A stretch of DNA of 64,000 nucleotides from the NCBI RefSeq assembly GCF_964355755.1, contig NC_092674.1, forward strand, positions 25,234,001 to 25,298,000. Reading direction: 5' to 3'. Source of the DNA: Antedon mediterranea (lineage: Eukaryota; Animalia; Echinodermata). Both the position numbers and the translations under genes were made by a program. Shown piece by piece: positions 1 to 14,591 of the stretch. Under the pieces are notes generated by a model. The model did no database searches and was not told the origin of the DNA. It was given only the letters and a program-made list of their open reading frames with translations. Every line of letters starts with the position of its first letter. Position 1 is the stretch's first letter.

Positions 1-3000
1 ACGGGTGTATGTATTTGCCCAGCAGGATTTAAAGGCAGTGATTGTCTAACTGGTAATAATAACATAATAGTTAAGTTATCATAGTAAAAGATAACCTTTA
101 ATTATTTGTTCAGCCAAGAAAGATACATTACAAAAAATATCAACAGATAAAATAAACAAGAAGGTAAGAAAAATCATAATTACAAGCTGCTTAGAAAAAT
201 ACAAAGCTGTAAACCTACACAATCTATGTTTTATTGACGCAATACAGAAATGATTAAATTCATTCTTGAAGCTGATCGATTAATAAACTTGAACTAAACT
301 TGTTTACTCCGAAATTGCAATCAGAAAGATTTTATTTTGAATATGCAATTTAACACTCTTAATATCCTAATTTACACTTCATAGTGAAAAGGTGTGGTGG
401 GGTTTTATGATTATAGAACTTGATTTGGGCTTATTTAGGGGATCGCAGATAATGCTTGGCAGATAATTAAGTCGTGACCGCCAGCTAATATTAGGTATAG
501 CGATAATGATAGTGAATTCGCTTACGTACGTCGTCTTTGCGTTGCGCCCTAGTGGGAACCAAGCTTAATAAAAACGCTTTCCATCAAACCGACTGTGTAG
601 CCGAATGGCTTGGACTATAGGCATGTCGATGTAAGGAGTTAAAATCCCATGAACAACTTATTTTTACTTCATAGTGAGAGAGAAGAGATTATTTAGAGGA
701 TTATGTTAAGTTATATTTAGGAAATAGGTCGGCTATCTTGCAATTCAATCACGTAGAAAACTATATATGATTCATGATTTCTGTCTCTCTTACCTAAGAG
801 AAAGAAAATCGCCGACTCCTAAATTAAAATTCATTAGTGGCCTGAACGGGTAAAAAAATAGGTCTGTACTTTCTAAAATGGAAAAAACAATTATGTTAAC
901 AGGTTGTGGTAATAACAACTGGGGTCGTGACTGCAACGTTGTATGTGCTGCTGGTGGAAATTGCAGTGGAGCTCTTTTATGTCCACCTGATCCAGTTGGA
1001 TGTACATGCGTCAATGGTTTTGGAGAAAACGATTGTGAAACAGGTTTTTAAAAAAATTACATTTATTCCATGTATAATATTCTAGCGTCTAACTACATTT
1101 ATTACTATAAATGTTGTACACATCTGATTGATTGAATATTACTGTTATCAATAGCATTGTATTATTAGACCTAAACTATTTTATGAAAATAATAATATAC
1201 GGTCGTTAATAATTTGAATAAATGCGAACCTTTGTGTCATAATTTAGTTTATTAGTGTTTAAATTTTCTATAAGTTTCTTAAACTTTATGGTTTTAAGAT
1301 TGTGAGGTTTTATATCCAGACACCAATGCCACAGATGAGGATTTATACTATGGAGCAGATTGTCAGCAAAAATGTAACTGTGCCAATGACGATTGTAATC
1401 GAAGTCCAAGCCTGTCCAATCAAGATATAGGATGTACTTCCGGGTCAACATGTTCGACTGGTTTCACTGGAGACAAGTGTCTAGGTAGTATGATGCTTCT
1501 TTTTATGAATTCATTCCTTCGATCTTCTTAGTATTAAAGTTTGTTAATAAATATTATTTTATTAACTTCTATGATATTAAACACTGTTTGATACATTTTT
1601 CTTTTTGATAATCATAAAAAAAAAGGTTAATACTATTATATTATACAGAGACATAGACAAACCTTTCACTATTATTACATTTTTTTTCTCCGGAAATAGT
1701 ATGTACAGCTGGGCCTGTATCCTTTTTAAAAGTCAATATTAAAAAAAATACATCGCTGTAGTTGAACGTCGTTCGCAATCATTAGTACTTTTCTCATCAT
1801 TTTGTAAAACTCAAAATGACCGCTATTTCTATACAGCTTTACCATGCGTAATCATAAAACATGTTTTCCATTGTCCTCCTGAAAACAGTGACAGTGACAT
1901 TAACATTAACATTTCATAGGTACAGAAGAATTTCTGAACCATCCGGTTATTACTGAATAGTAATTAATTGACTTGAAACGATAAAGATGCTTATGAAAAC
2001 CTTAGTTATGTAACGTTTAGTTATAAAACTGCAACAAGCTTGTTTTTGTTTTACTTTAGACATTCATTTACTTTACTTTATAGTTAACATATTAATTACA
2101 TATTTTGTTTGTACAGAGCCTACGACATGTCCGTCTGGATTCTTTGGTGTTTTGTGTAACTTTCCATGTCATTGTAAAGATTCTGAAGATTGTAATCGAG
2201 ATGGAAGTTGTGCTAATGGCTGTCGTGAGGCTTGGGCTGGACCAAGGTGCAGCATAGGTAACGAAATACTTCTTATAAAGTATAGACCCTAACTATTTGT
2301 ATATAGAGTATCATTTATGCCTCGCATGTTGCCTGAAATGAATATTATTGGAGTCCGGGAGGAAGTCGCATTCTTCATGATAGGCCTATTAGTACTGTTA
2401 CTTTCATTGTTAGTTTAGGCCTATGGAAATTTGTACTGTCACTCTAAATGAAATATGGTAGGACAGCTAAGTATAATCATCTAATGCCTAGCGGATTTTC
2501 ATTTTTAGCATTACCGTACCGCTCTGAACCGCCAACTGTTGTAAACCAGACAGCAACCACTCTAACGTTTTACGTCACTTGGACTGTTGGTGAAGACTAT
2601 GGAACAGGAACAATTACAAAACGGAAGCTTTTCTATAAATCATCGCAGATGGATTCATTTATATCAATAACTGAAAAACCAGATAACAATGTAGTTTTTG
2701 TTATTAATGAAATAATTCCAAATACAGAAATTCAATTCTACTCTCAATTGTCGAGGATGGTTGGTGGTGGTATCGAGGTAGATGGACCAAGAAGTGCAAT
2801 TGGATCAACAAGCATCATATGTACAAGTAATCAGAATATAACTTAGACTGTTTTAAAGTGTTTTTTTTTAAAGTTTACTAAATTAAGTTTATTAAAATAA
2901 GTAATAAAAGGGCGTTCTTTGTTATCATTGCTGTTAGTTTTTGCCATATGATATATTGTAGTATATTTTATGTAGAGATGAGAATTCTTTCAATTTCTAT

Positions 3001-4879
3001 ATAATTATCATAATACATACCTACAGTAATGAATTAGCTAATATATAAAAATAAAACCACAAATATTAAAATATTAAATATTGCGAAAGTCATTGTGCAT
3101 CAGATACTAATCAATTACATTACCTAATATAGAACCTATCGGCGAACCTGAGATTGAATTGGAAAAAGTTGAAGACTATCGCATAATTTTGAGTGTAAAG
3201 GTATGATTAAAAATATAAGTATAAACTATTGGGATTTTTTAATGCACAGAACAACATATTGAATTATTTTTCTCTATACTGCAATTCATTTACTTATGTT
3301 TAGCCTCTTTCTTGAGTTTAAAAGTATTATTAAAGTAAAAGAATACATTCCTTGGGGTTTGTAATGTACAATAAAAAAACATAGTATAGCCTAGATCAAT
3401 GTTATATTCACATAATAAAACACTATATTTTTTTTTTGTCTCCGTCACTTCAATTCCTGTACTTCTATTAAAATTATATTCAGCCCGTATCTAGTGAATA
3501 TGATCACGTCCAATGTCGGATTCTCCGATATCAAGTACGATACTCGGACGTGGATGGAAATGTACAAGGCCTAGTCAGCACAAGTAGTTCCCAATTGGAA
3601 GTTGAATTTTCAGAATTGTCAAGCTGTACTGATTATGTCATCAACGCTCGAGTTGTTAATAACCTGGATATCGCTGGCAGTTGGGGACAAGACCTTACAG
3701 TGCAAACAGCTCCCTCAGGTTGGTTTGTCGACCTACTAAATATGTTTACATTTGTCGTGAAACGCTATATTACATTCTAGTATTATAGTACTTATTTTGG
3801 TATTTTATTTATTTTTTTATTCCAATAGAGGCATCGATAGAGAGTAATCCATTCACAAACGGAACACATTTGTTGATAAAGTGGAAAGCTTCTACGTGTG
3901 ACATCCCAGATTATCAGGTGACCTACCATTATGAATTGTCAGGTGATGGAGTATCTCGGCAAGTGATAACAACAGAAACTGAAGTTGTATTTGGCAAAGA
4001 CACTGAGTCATGTAAAGAATATACATTTACAGTATTGGCAACATATTTAAGCGTTAACGGAACATCTGACAGCAAGAAAGTTGTGTTTGGAACAGATTGT
4101 GCTAACCAAGGAAACTCAAACCAGACTGAAGGTGTGTAACATCTTTTCCTTGTTTACCTTTCAGATTGATGTTATGCAGTTGATTTTTCGCCAAAAAGCT
4201 TACACGTTGTTGAGGAAACCATAGAAATAAATGTGTTCTTTTATTTTTTCCAGGTTACGTAATAAGTTTTGTAATTGGCTCAATAATTTCGTCAGTTATC
4301 ACAGTTGCTTTCACCTTGATATTACAACGGTAAAGTAATGTTTCTATGGTTAAAAAAGAAATTAAATATTGACTGACACAGTTACTATTAAAGTTCTTCT
4401 AACAAAATAAAAGTAGTTATCGTTGCAATAAATCAATGGAATTTGCAAGTGAAATTGGAAGATGTAGGCAGGATTTGTTTAGTTAATTCTTTTACCGTAC
4501 CGACCCAGAATTCTATTTCATTTTTCAATAGATCATTATTTTTATGAAAATATTGCTGACAAATCCCACAACGATACTTGATCCTTTACCTTCGTTGATC
4601 GATGAAATATAACACAACTATTCAAACTTTACTAATTTTAGATTTCGTCGTAAACATTTGGAAAAGGACGTTGGTAAATCTACTCAACCCTCTACTCAAC
4701 ACAATGTATGCACAATAGATACGGATTATCAAACTTTGTCGAAAAAATGTGAAGAAAGTGCATACGACGATATTAACCTTACTGTTGCTACTTCTTCTAC
4801 TGAACACGTTTATGCAAACCTTAAACCGCCTTTAGCGGAACATGTTTATGGTCACACGAAGACAACCTATTCCTACTAG
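1..4879 (+). CDS. Receptor paralog A (5' part outside window): EGF-like repeats, 3xFN3, TM, short tyrosine-motif (ITAM-like) cytoplasmic tail
   Basis: GT-AG exons read in frame at about <1-52, 903-1043, 1299-1484, 2117-2257 (Cys-rich EGF-like), 2509-2826, 3133-3200, 3484-3718, 3829-4131 (FN3-like), 4254-4329 (TM GYVISFVIGSIISSVITVAFTLILQR) and 4642-4879 (RFRRKHLEKDVG...DTDYQTLSKKCEESAYDDI...HVYANL...HVYGHT..YSY*). Each exon has a counterpart in copies B, C and D. Confidence 0.85.
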
Positions 4880-6987
4880 ACCCAAAGAAAAAATCATAGT
4901 ACCAAAGAAAAATATATGAAGTCGATAGTTATAACTAGTATATAGTAAGAAATTATGAAGTTTGACAAAAAAAAAAAAAAACAAAAACGAGCAAAACGTA
5001 ATCTGTAAAACTGGTGGTTGTGAAAAAACGCGCATTATAAAAAAAATTGCCTTTTTAATAAAGCAACAAATTGTATAGAGTATAGAATAGGAATAATTAA
5101 GGTAAACTGAAAATACAATTAACCCTTTTAACCAAATACATTGTTTAGTTTGTAGGCAATTAATATGGGATTTTAATCCAAACCGCTTTATCTCCACATT
5201 TTCGAAAACCGAAATCTTCTTAATCAACATAATAAAATAATAAAAGATTACATTTTCGAACTTCTAACAACAAGTGTGTAATACTCAATATCTAACACAC
5301 CCTACGCAATTAACCGACGATAACTTTTTCTTTTCATTTTCTTTCTTTCATACCATGACACTTAAGCCGAAATAGCTCCTGAAAAACCTTGAATGATGCT
5401 TGAAAATGTATGTACAGTATATATTTCCAACAATGTTGTAGTATGACCATTTTTAGTATTAGAGTAACATTATATGTTGACATAGTAATAGTTCATATAT
5501 CCAATCAGAAACCTACATTTGTAGCTTGATGAGAGCACGTATCTACTTTATTTTGTCAAAAGCCATGTCATGTCACAAAAATTATTTATAAACACAAAGA
5601 AGTTCCTTTCGGCACTTTCTTTTGAAATGATTATATATCCATACGATATGCTTAAGTGATTGTGATAAACAAATCTTTAATAATAGTTTGAGTGTATATT
5701 ATTGTTGGAATTTTGTTTGCTTTGTGATGTCCGGTTATTGGTAATCTGTTCATCAAAATACACTTATCAACAATCTTAGTGTCTGAACTGATTTGCAATG
5801 ATTTTGCTATAAATTTGCTATAAATAAAAAAACCCCAAAAGGATTGATTGAAGCCCTCTACAGTATAATAATCGTTTATTTCATTTCTCTTTTTACTTAT
5901 TTCATTAGACATATCTGATAATAATAATATTATATTCTTAGAAAGTTTGTATGGCGAAATCTACCTTTTATGATTAAAAGTTCGAGGAATTTCTAGTTTT
6001 ATCGATATAATACAATTATGTGACAATTCTGTGCAGACATTATTAACTTTCCTCATACATAACGCACATAGTTATGTCATGTAGTACATAATTAATTCTG
6101 TTTAATTAGAATAATAATTCTGTCCATACAAAATTAAATATATTCTTTGAAAAGGACATAATTGATTATCTCGTGTCAACAAAAGGAATTATATGTCGAC
6201 AGAATGGAGACAGAATTAATTTTATGTCAAGAAAACTATTTCTAGACGTAGTCAATTATATTTCGACAATTCTTAACAGGGGCGGATTGCAATAAAGGTC
6301 TTAACCGCGGTCTTAGACTTAAGCCTAGGCTTTATACCGCCCTCAATGGAGGTCTTAGAATAAAGCCTCTTGCAATATAAAGTCTAAGCCTACGAGAGGA
6401 CGTTTCGCGGTCTTAGATTCTAAGCCTCCTCGTAGCAGGCTTAGAATTCGTCGCGAAGACAAAAAAATGGCGAACTTTATCGCGGTGCAAGGCTATCGAG
6501 AGAGAATAGGTCGTATTTTTCGCGATAGATTGCATCCGCTTTATATATATGATGACAACGAATTAAATAGAAAATTTCGGTTCCACCGGCAAACTATAAT
6601 GACGCTTAGCGATAATCTAGCAATTGATTTGAATGTTACAAATAGGAATAATGCACTGCCACCGGTCCTCCAAGTGTGCACATTTCCGGCGATCTTTCTG
6701 GTAAGTATTAATATTAATAATTAGTACAACTACAATAATAATATTGTTTAGTTTTTAGTGATATTAAATGAAGGTATAAAATTAGTAAATACTTAGTCTA
6801 ATTAAGTAAAATAAATTATAATTATTTATACCTAGGCCTAGGCTATGACTATCGCGCCGGCGCTAGTTTACTCTCGCACCTTTACCCGTTTAAAAAAATT
6901 CACCCGCTGCACGGCGGCGGTATGGTGATTGAGCGGAGTCAATAAGCCAATTAGTAAGCTTGTACTAGTAAATAGGCTGCTTTTTTT

Positions 6988-7035
6988 AGTCGCGTGGACG
7001 CGACTCTATAGTTCACTATGTTGGTCGGTCGGTCG

Positions 7036-7066
<31 letters not shown>

Positions 7067-10000
7067 GGTCCGGTATCACTATGCGTTTTATCGCTTTCTG
7101 AACTTATCTTGATATCAGTTTAATCTAGCTATGTCAATTTTTCACAGAATATTGCTTATGGCCAGGAATCGATGTGGTTATGTTTTCACGATGCGCAATA
7201 AAAAATTACGCGGTCTACGCACGATTTAACGAAATCACGTTTGTAATCATATCTTCACAACCATGAATCACAATTAAATAAAATTTGGTACTCATAAATT
7301 TCAGGGCATAAATCATCATATGGCAATACAATTACGTGCGTAGCGCATGTAACGCATGCGTACGCGCGCTTAAAATGTTCAAAATTTATTTTCGATGAAA
7401 TAAGAGTACATTTCAGGCAATTTTAAGCGTTTACAAAATTGCCATGACTGCGCAGATTTTTGCGCGCGCACTGCGCGTTAAATGTTATTGCGCACTCTTT
7501 TTGCCCGATTTCTGTTTTCTTGACTTACTTAACTCGAAATTACTCATTCTTTCTTGGAGATCCAAGAAACATTTATTATATATGGCCTTTGGCCCAAATA
7601 ATATACAATGTAATACATGTTAAATAAATATCAGTTGAGTGCGTTTAAAAATTCTGTTCTACGTTTAAATGAAAAAAATAAATATTTTCCAAGTTTAACA
7701 ATAAGATCAGTATTTGTGGCAGACATAAGATGAATATATTTTAATTTAGTTGGGTTGTTTGTATAAAAGGAAAACATATATTTAGTTCTAATATCTGAAT
7801 AAAATGGACAAACTAAAGTGAAATGATATTCATCTTCAATTGATTGTAAAGCACATAATTTGCATAATCTTTCATTTCTATTTATACAATTCCATCTTCC
7901 TTTTTCAATTTCTAATTCTAAAATTCCTAGTCGTATCTTAGTCATAATTTGTCTATGTTTGTAATTTGTTACTTTTGTTAGATATTCTTCAATCCCAAAC
8001 TTATATTTAACGTGCTTGTAATATTGGAGCTTAGAGTGTAGCCTAGTATCTTCGTAGAATTTCTGTCGTTCAATGTCTGTAAGCCTTTGTTTAAAATTTG
8101 AAATAAAAGTATATATATTATTAACCTGTTGTGAGTACCATATGTTACCAAATCCATTTATGCATAGTATTTGTTTTACGTCATTGGCCCAACATTGCTC
8201 ATTTCTTTGAGCTTTTCTATATTGAAAATCATAACATTGTTTAATAAATTTGTCATTATCCATTTGGATTACTCTAAGCCAATAACGAATTATATTAATG
8301 ATAATTTGAATTTGGATAGTGAATCTTCCACATTCTCCTCTCACTGCAACACTTGGTGCAGAATTACCTATTCCTAGAATGTATTTACAGAATCTTAGAT
8401 GAACTTTCTCTAATACTGATATATCATTTAAACCCCATATTTCGCTACCATAAAGTAAGATTGGCATAATCTTAACATCAAATATATGGTTCCATATATT
8501 AACTTGGAGGTTACCAAAACGTCTATGGGTCAATCCTTTTAATGTGAACAAAGCCTTATTAGCTTGTTGACAATTGTATTCTTTGGCTTTATTCCAATTA
8601 CCATTTGAGTTGAAAACAACTCCTAAATATTTAAAGGATTTGACAATGTCAACTGTATTTCCATTGTAATTCCATTTTTCAAATTTGTTAAGATTACCAC
8701 CATTCTTAAACACCATAATATTACTCTTGTTAACATTGACAGTTACTTCCCATCTTGTACAATAGGTAACTTGTTTAAATAATATTGTAGACCATAAACG
8801 ATATCACCAAATAACATAAGGTCATCTGCATAGAGTAAATGATTAATTTTTAGATTTCCTATTTGGATTCTATGCTCGTCGCCTTCCTCATTTAATGTTT
8901 CACTCAAATCATTAATAAAAACATTAAATAAAAAGGACGAGAGTGGCGAACCCTGTTGTATACCTATTAGACATTTGAAAGAATTACTAATATTGCCGTC
9001 GACCTTAACATGTGCTGATAACTTATTGTACATTGAATTAATAACGTTTAACATTTTTCCTTTTACTCCTGAATTTTTTAGTTTTATATGAAGGTATTGA
9101 TGTCCTACGGAGTCAAAGGCTCGTTTAAAATCAATGAAAGCAACATATACTTTCCCACGTTTTTTTCCTAGGTATTTATTAATGATTGTGTTAAGAATAA
9201 ATACATTATCCGATGTTCTGAACCCCTTTCTAAAACCGGCTTGTTCCTGATGTAGAATGTTATTATCTTCTGCCCAAAATTGTAATCTTTTATTGATAAT
9301 ATGTAAGAAAATTTTAGCAAAAACAGGAATAAGTGATATTCCTCTATAATTCTCTGGTTGTTCTTTGTCACCTTTTTTAAATATTGGGACAATAAGGCTG
9401 GTTGCCCATTGCTGTGGAAACTGTCCTGTATTATAAATTATATTATATAATTTTGTTATTAGATTGATTACATTTTGAGATGAGTGTATAAAAAGTTCTG
9501 GTAATAATCCATCGATTCCAGGTGATTTACCTGTTTTTTGGGATTTAATGGCATGAATTACCTCATCTACTGTAATGTCATTATTTAGGTTAGGTTCGTT
9601 TTCATTTACAGCAGGTTCATCATTAATGATACTTTCTACATTTTGATTATCTCTATTTTCATCAATATGAAATAAGGATTCGAAATGAGTGCGCCATGTA
9701 TTAATACATATGTTACTTGGAAAATTTGGTTTTGTTTGTTTTAGTTTAATCCAGAATGATTTGGAGTTTTTTTCTCCTAATGATCTAATCAATTCTGTAC
9801 GTGATCTTTTAATATAGCTGTATTTCTTATTTTTTATTAATGTTTTATATTCTTTTTTTTTATTTCCAGGTATGCATTAAGCAATGTTTGTGTACGATTG
9901 TGTCGGAATCTATTTAAATTTCTTCGAACTTTGTTTTTAAGTGCAAGACATTGATTGTCATACCATGTGTCTTTAGCTTTAGTTGTTTTTTTGTTGGAAT

Positions 10001-10700
10001 TCCTATGGATAATTCCTTTACATGCATATTCATACAATCTGCCTACAGTTGAAACCGCTTCATCAATTAGGTTATCATTAATCAAGTTAGTTATTTCATT
10101 TTTAAGTTCATCGATTTTATTATGCTGTAATCTTAATTTAAATGTTTCAGTATATGTTTCTGACCAATTGAATTTAGTTTGTTTAGGATTAGGACAATTT
10201 TCAATATTTAATTTTTTTATTTTTATATTATCTTTAGTTAGTAGGCCTAATTGAAACGTAATTGGCATATGATCAGATTCTATTCTATTTTCTACTTTCA
10301 AATCTTCTATGTACCTGAAGTTATCAGCTTTTGTCAATATATAATCGACTACGCTTTTGCCTTGTTGTCCTATGAAAGTGTAGCTTTTACTATACATTGG
10401 GTTAATTCTACCATTAGCAATTCTTAAATTCGTTTCTTTACAAAAATTGAGAAGATCTATGCCATAATTATTACGTTATACGAGCACGTCAAAAGTGACA
10501 GGCTACGCACGTGTAAATTAAAAAAATATAAATGTTTTTAAACATTTCAACATTTTTAATTAATGTTCAGTAATTTCGGTCAGTATAGTTCACTATGTCG
10601 GTCGGTCGGTCGGTCGGTCGGCTGTCGGTCTGTCTGTCTGTCGGTCGGTCCGGTATCACTATGCATTGTAGCACGCGACTTAATGGCTGTTGGCCTTGTT
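6988..10700 (+). mobile_element. Non-autonomous Helentron/DINE-1-like element (HINE) in the Harbinger intron, split by a LINE
   Basis: 5' T-run plus hairpin AGTCGCGTG-GA-CGCGACT; (GTCG/GTCT)n microsatellites at about 7024-7070 and 10597-10650 inside a duplicated core; 3' subterminal CACGCGACT at 10672-10680 followed by a short GC-rich stretch and a T-run. Confidence 0.6.
7544..10469 (-). mobile_element. 5'-truncated, frameshifted non-LTR retrotransposon (APE end, RT, C-terminal CxxC..H..C; RTE-X-like)
   Basis: Minus-strand ORFs 9837-10397 (SVVDY..., ESDHMP endonuclease end), 8743-9792 (KSPGIDG, NYRGISL, QAGFR, FIDFKRAFD, QGSPLS, LYADD) and 7631-8716 (FKYLG, ERLCKLC..EDEYHF..C). AATAAA near the 3' end. 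ATTAC duplicated at 7539-7543 and 10470-10474. Clade assignment is an inference. Confidence 0.88.
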
Positions 10701-11759
10701 TTTTGTATCTTTTAGTTTAGTTTTTAATAAAAATAAAATTATGGTAAAAATATCTATAATTTTAATATATAAATTAAGTTACATTTTTCTTATAAATTTA
10801 TAAAATTAAATTTATACATATTCTCTATTATCAATTGTTATTTAATACTTTAGTTTAATTCAAGATTATAATATGTTGTATTCCTTTGTTTGTAGGAATT
10901 CATGAATCGACAGCTTGCCGAATTGTAAGGCAAGTTTCACTGGCCTTACAGAGACATATGAATGAGTATGTGTTTTCCCCGATGGATGCAGCAAGCATTA
11001 GGTTAACAAAAATTAAATTTCATGACATATCTGGTTTCCCTAATGTCATTGGAGCGGTTGATGGCACTCATGTCCGGATACAAGCTCCAACAGTCGACGA
11101 ATTTGTTTATGTGAACAGAAAAGGATATCATAGCCTGAACATCCAAGTCGTCTGTGACGCAAACATGCGGTTCACAAATTGTGTAGTGCGTTGGCCCGGT
11201 TCAACGCATGATTCCAGAATTTTCAGAGAGAGTGGTCTTGGCGTAGCCTTTGAAAATGATGAAATGCCAGAAGGATATTTGTTGGGGGATTCTGGGTATG
11301 CTTTACGGCCATTTCTGTTGACACCTTTTATAAATCCAATTACTCACGAAGAACGAAGGTATAACAATGTACATTCCATAACAAGAAGTATTGTCGAGAG
11401 GACAATAGGTGCTTGGAAAAGGCGAAGAAAACCGTATGCAGCCTCACAGAACCTGCAGCCTCACAGAACCTGCGCTGTGGTAGCAGCAACAATGGTCCTT
11501 CATAATATGGCTCGTAATTTGGGTTTACCAGAAATTGAAAATGATGAGGATATTGATATAGGGAATGCAGGGCAGCGCAATGAACACATTGAAGACAACA
11601 ATGGACGTGCAATCAGGCAGATGGTTGCAAATGCAATCGCTAATTAAATTTTGTTATGTAAAAAACTGTTAAAGGTTTATTAGATTAAATTTTTATTTAA
11701 AATAATTATGGCGCTGTCATAACAGCATCATCATTGTACATAATACAGGTATTAGATAT

Positions 11760-12000
11760 TAAATATTCTTAAATTATTTGTAAACACCCATAAAAAATTA
11801 ATGAATTATTCATTAAATACAGTATATTTAAATTGTATATAAATTGTAATTTATATATAATATATTATATATAAATTACAATATTAAAGATTTTTAAATT
11901 ATTTGTAAACATCAATTGAATTTTAATGAATTATTCATTAAATACAGTATATTTAAATTGTATATACATTGTAATTTATATATAATATATAACTAATAAT
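11760..12000. repeat. AT-rich tandem duplication (~122 bp x2)
   Basis: ttaaattatttgtaaaca...aatgaattattcattaaatacagtatatttaaattgtatata occurs at about 11769 and 11894. Confidence 0.7.
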
Positions 12001-14374
12001 TTATATATTTATATATAACTGTATTATATGCAGTACAGTAGTACTACTATTCTAATAATACTACTAGCTAGCTAGGCCTAGATAGAGAGGAGCTTAGGCC
12101 TAGAGTAAAGTAGTTGCAATAAACAATATAAAACTTACTAATTAGGCCTATATGTAATTAATATTCAGCCGTCAGTGGTATAAAAATGTGTTTCGATTTT
12201 GTTCTAATATTTCGTTTACACACACCTCCTTAAAATCCACACGTGCAATGTACACGGTTGCGAGGTCTCATAAATATTCATAAATCATCCCTTTTTTGTT
12301 GTAAATGGCGTGTTATTGGTTGTTAGAAAAGTCATTTAATGATTGATAATAATAATAAGAAATAAGATCAAATATAGAACATTTGCAAAGATGCCGATTT
12401 CCAGACCGATTTCAAAGCTTAGACTAATTCCGCCGCCGGGCTAGGCCTTAGGCATATACGAAGTCGAGTTTTTAAAGTAGAAAACTCCATCACCTAAAAT
12501 TTTGAAGTCGCATCTGGATAGTTGAATTTTTAACAAATATCATAAATATCATAGGTGATTATGTATAGTAATAAGTATAAGTGCAATTCTGGGCTCTATT
12601 CTCATTATTAGCTCTGCCCCAACCATGGTGGGCTAGTACTGGAGACTTCATATTTAATTTCATATTTCAATGAATAGGTGCACTTTCCGGGGACAAGCTC
12701 TATTGTCCTGGTGAGTCTTATATAGTTTGTTTCACATAATTTCAAATCATGTAAAGTGCCATTTTTCGGGCGGGAATCTATGTAGCTCCATTTTTCAAAA
12801 TTGTCTTTGCTCAGCCCCAATTATGGTGGGGTACTGAAGATTCTTATGCATGTTGTTTGAAAAAATAATAGATGTCATTTTCGGGGACCTTGCAGCTCTA
12901 TTTTAAACAGTTTGGTATGCCGTCGTGGTTGTTATGCAAATGAGTTTGTGCACGTGTATTATGGGGAACATAATATGTTAGTCATTCGCGGTCAACACGC
13001 CAGGGTAGTAACAAAGTGCGAGGCAGCGAGGCACGCGAGGCAGGGAAGGCATGCGAGGCAAGTCAGAAATTTATGCGAGGCATCGTTTTACCATCATCAA
13101 AAAATGCGATGCATCATTTTATCATTTCTCAAAATTGCAAGGCAATCACCGAAATTGAAGTAGCCTAGGCCCGCTAGGCTAGTTTCCTTTTGCACCTGCC
13201 TTGTATTTTAACCAACTTTATCCTGAATACCACAGCTTAGAATTAGTAGGCCTACTTTAATGAAGAAAAATCACATAAAAGTAACAATAAATCCATTAAA
13301 TTGGTGATTTTACAGACGTTGTTTTTCTCGCATTTCGCACACTCAATGTTCAATATTTTGGTTTCTATGGAACGCCAAAAGAACAAAATTAATTAGAGGG
13401 CTAAAAACTCTGTGGAATCCATTTATATTTAACGCATTATTTGGTGAAAATCAAGTACAATTTCAATAGATTTTGTCACTGTCAGTAAGGAAAAATGTTA
13501 CTGTTGATAATGTACACGGTTTCGTTAACCTTTTAAAGAATAAAATAGAAAAATTCATCATAATATCCTTAGTAGGATGTCCTAGGTCTAGACCAAAGAA
13601 CTTATAACACAAGAATCTCCTGTTCTTCAATTTGCATTCAAAACACAGTATCGGAAGTACAGGGTTAAAAGGTCAAACTGGGCGACGCCATTTCACAGCA
13701 CGGAGCAGCTCCCCCGGCCGCGATTTTTTTTTCGTACATAAGTTGGGGACCCCCTCATGAAACGTCACAACATAAACATGAATAATTCATCAGTTAAATT
13801 TTCTTGTTCCGTGTGCACCCAAGCGTATAGCAACAACAAGTGATTACACAAGTGCGGTACGATTCTAGGCCTATCTCCGCTGTGGTTGCCGCGTGGGATT
13901 TCATAAAAGAATAGCGGCGTTTTGTTGTGTGGATTGTCAAAATAATCAGCCTTTAGTTTATGGTGTTTTTAATATAATTTTTTACTAAAGAATTACGTGT
14001 TAAAATTATAGTTTCTATTAATACTATTAGGCCTAATTATTAGTCTCTAAACCCATGTCTATTCTAGTAGTAGCTGTGTGGGTGTGTGTGACGTGTTTAT
14101 AGGTATGACGACACAGTCCGAGTAATAAGTCAGCAAAATTAAACAATAAACATTACACCAAAATATATTTTTTATTCTCGTGGGTCTAATCTTCCCATCT
14201 CGTGTTCATATAGGGCCTACGCGCATTTTTAAAGTTCCTTTGAGTACATGCATATATTTTGATAATAAAATAGCAGAAATTAAAAAATTAAAAAATTACA
14301 GTACACAAATTATACTCATTTTTATTCTTGTGGGTCTAAGCTTTCTTTGGGCTATATCAATTACTACTTAGTTT

Positions 14375-14591
14375 AGAGTGCGAGGAAGAATTACCTACTG
14401 AGGCGAACTGCATGCGTGAGTGATTTGAACATCTCACGTGACATCAACATCCAATCAGAAAACAGTATTCTGGCTAGCTGGCAGTTTCGTTGAGCGAAAA
14501 AAAATATCGCGGCCGGCGAGGGCGATATTTTTTCAAATCACTCACGCATGCAGTTCGCCTCAGTAGAGTAGGTAATTCCTCCTCGCACTCT
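14375..14591. mobile_element. MITE-like foldback with ~55-bp inverted arms
   Basis: AGAGTGCGAGGAAGAATTACCTACTGAGGCGAACTGCATGCGTGAGTGATTTGAA (14375-14429) and its near-perfect reverse complement at 14532-14591. Confidence 0.7.

Larger units (their letters stand above)
6467..11647 (+). pseudogene. Harbinger DDE transposase (HARBI1-like), two exons, frameshifted
   Basis: Exon 1 6467-6700 (FRDR..PL...FRF...ALPPVLQV) and exon 2 10896-11647 (GAVDGTHV, NRKGYHSLNIQVVCD, WPGSTHDSRIF, LLGDSGY, RSIVERTIG, MVLHN). The splice-compatible junction GDLS-GIHESTACRIV is out of frame with the exon 1 ATG, implying a deletion near 6680. There is also a 17-bp tandem duplication at about 11438-11473. Confidence 0.85.

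Noticed and set aside
10886-11647. Domesticated HARBI1 host gene
   Set aside because: It is bounded by TIRs, frameshifted in exon 1 and damaged near the C-terminal motif, so it is a decayed transposon.
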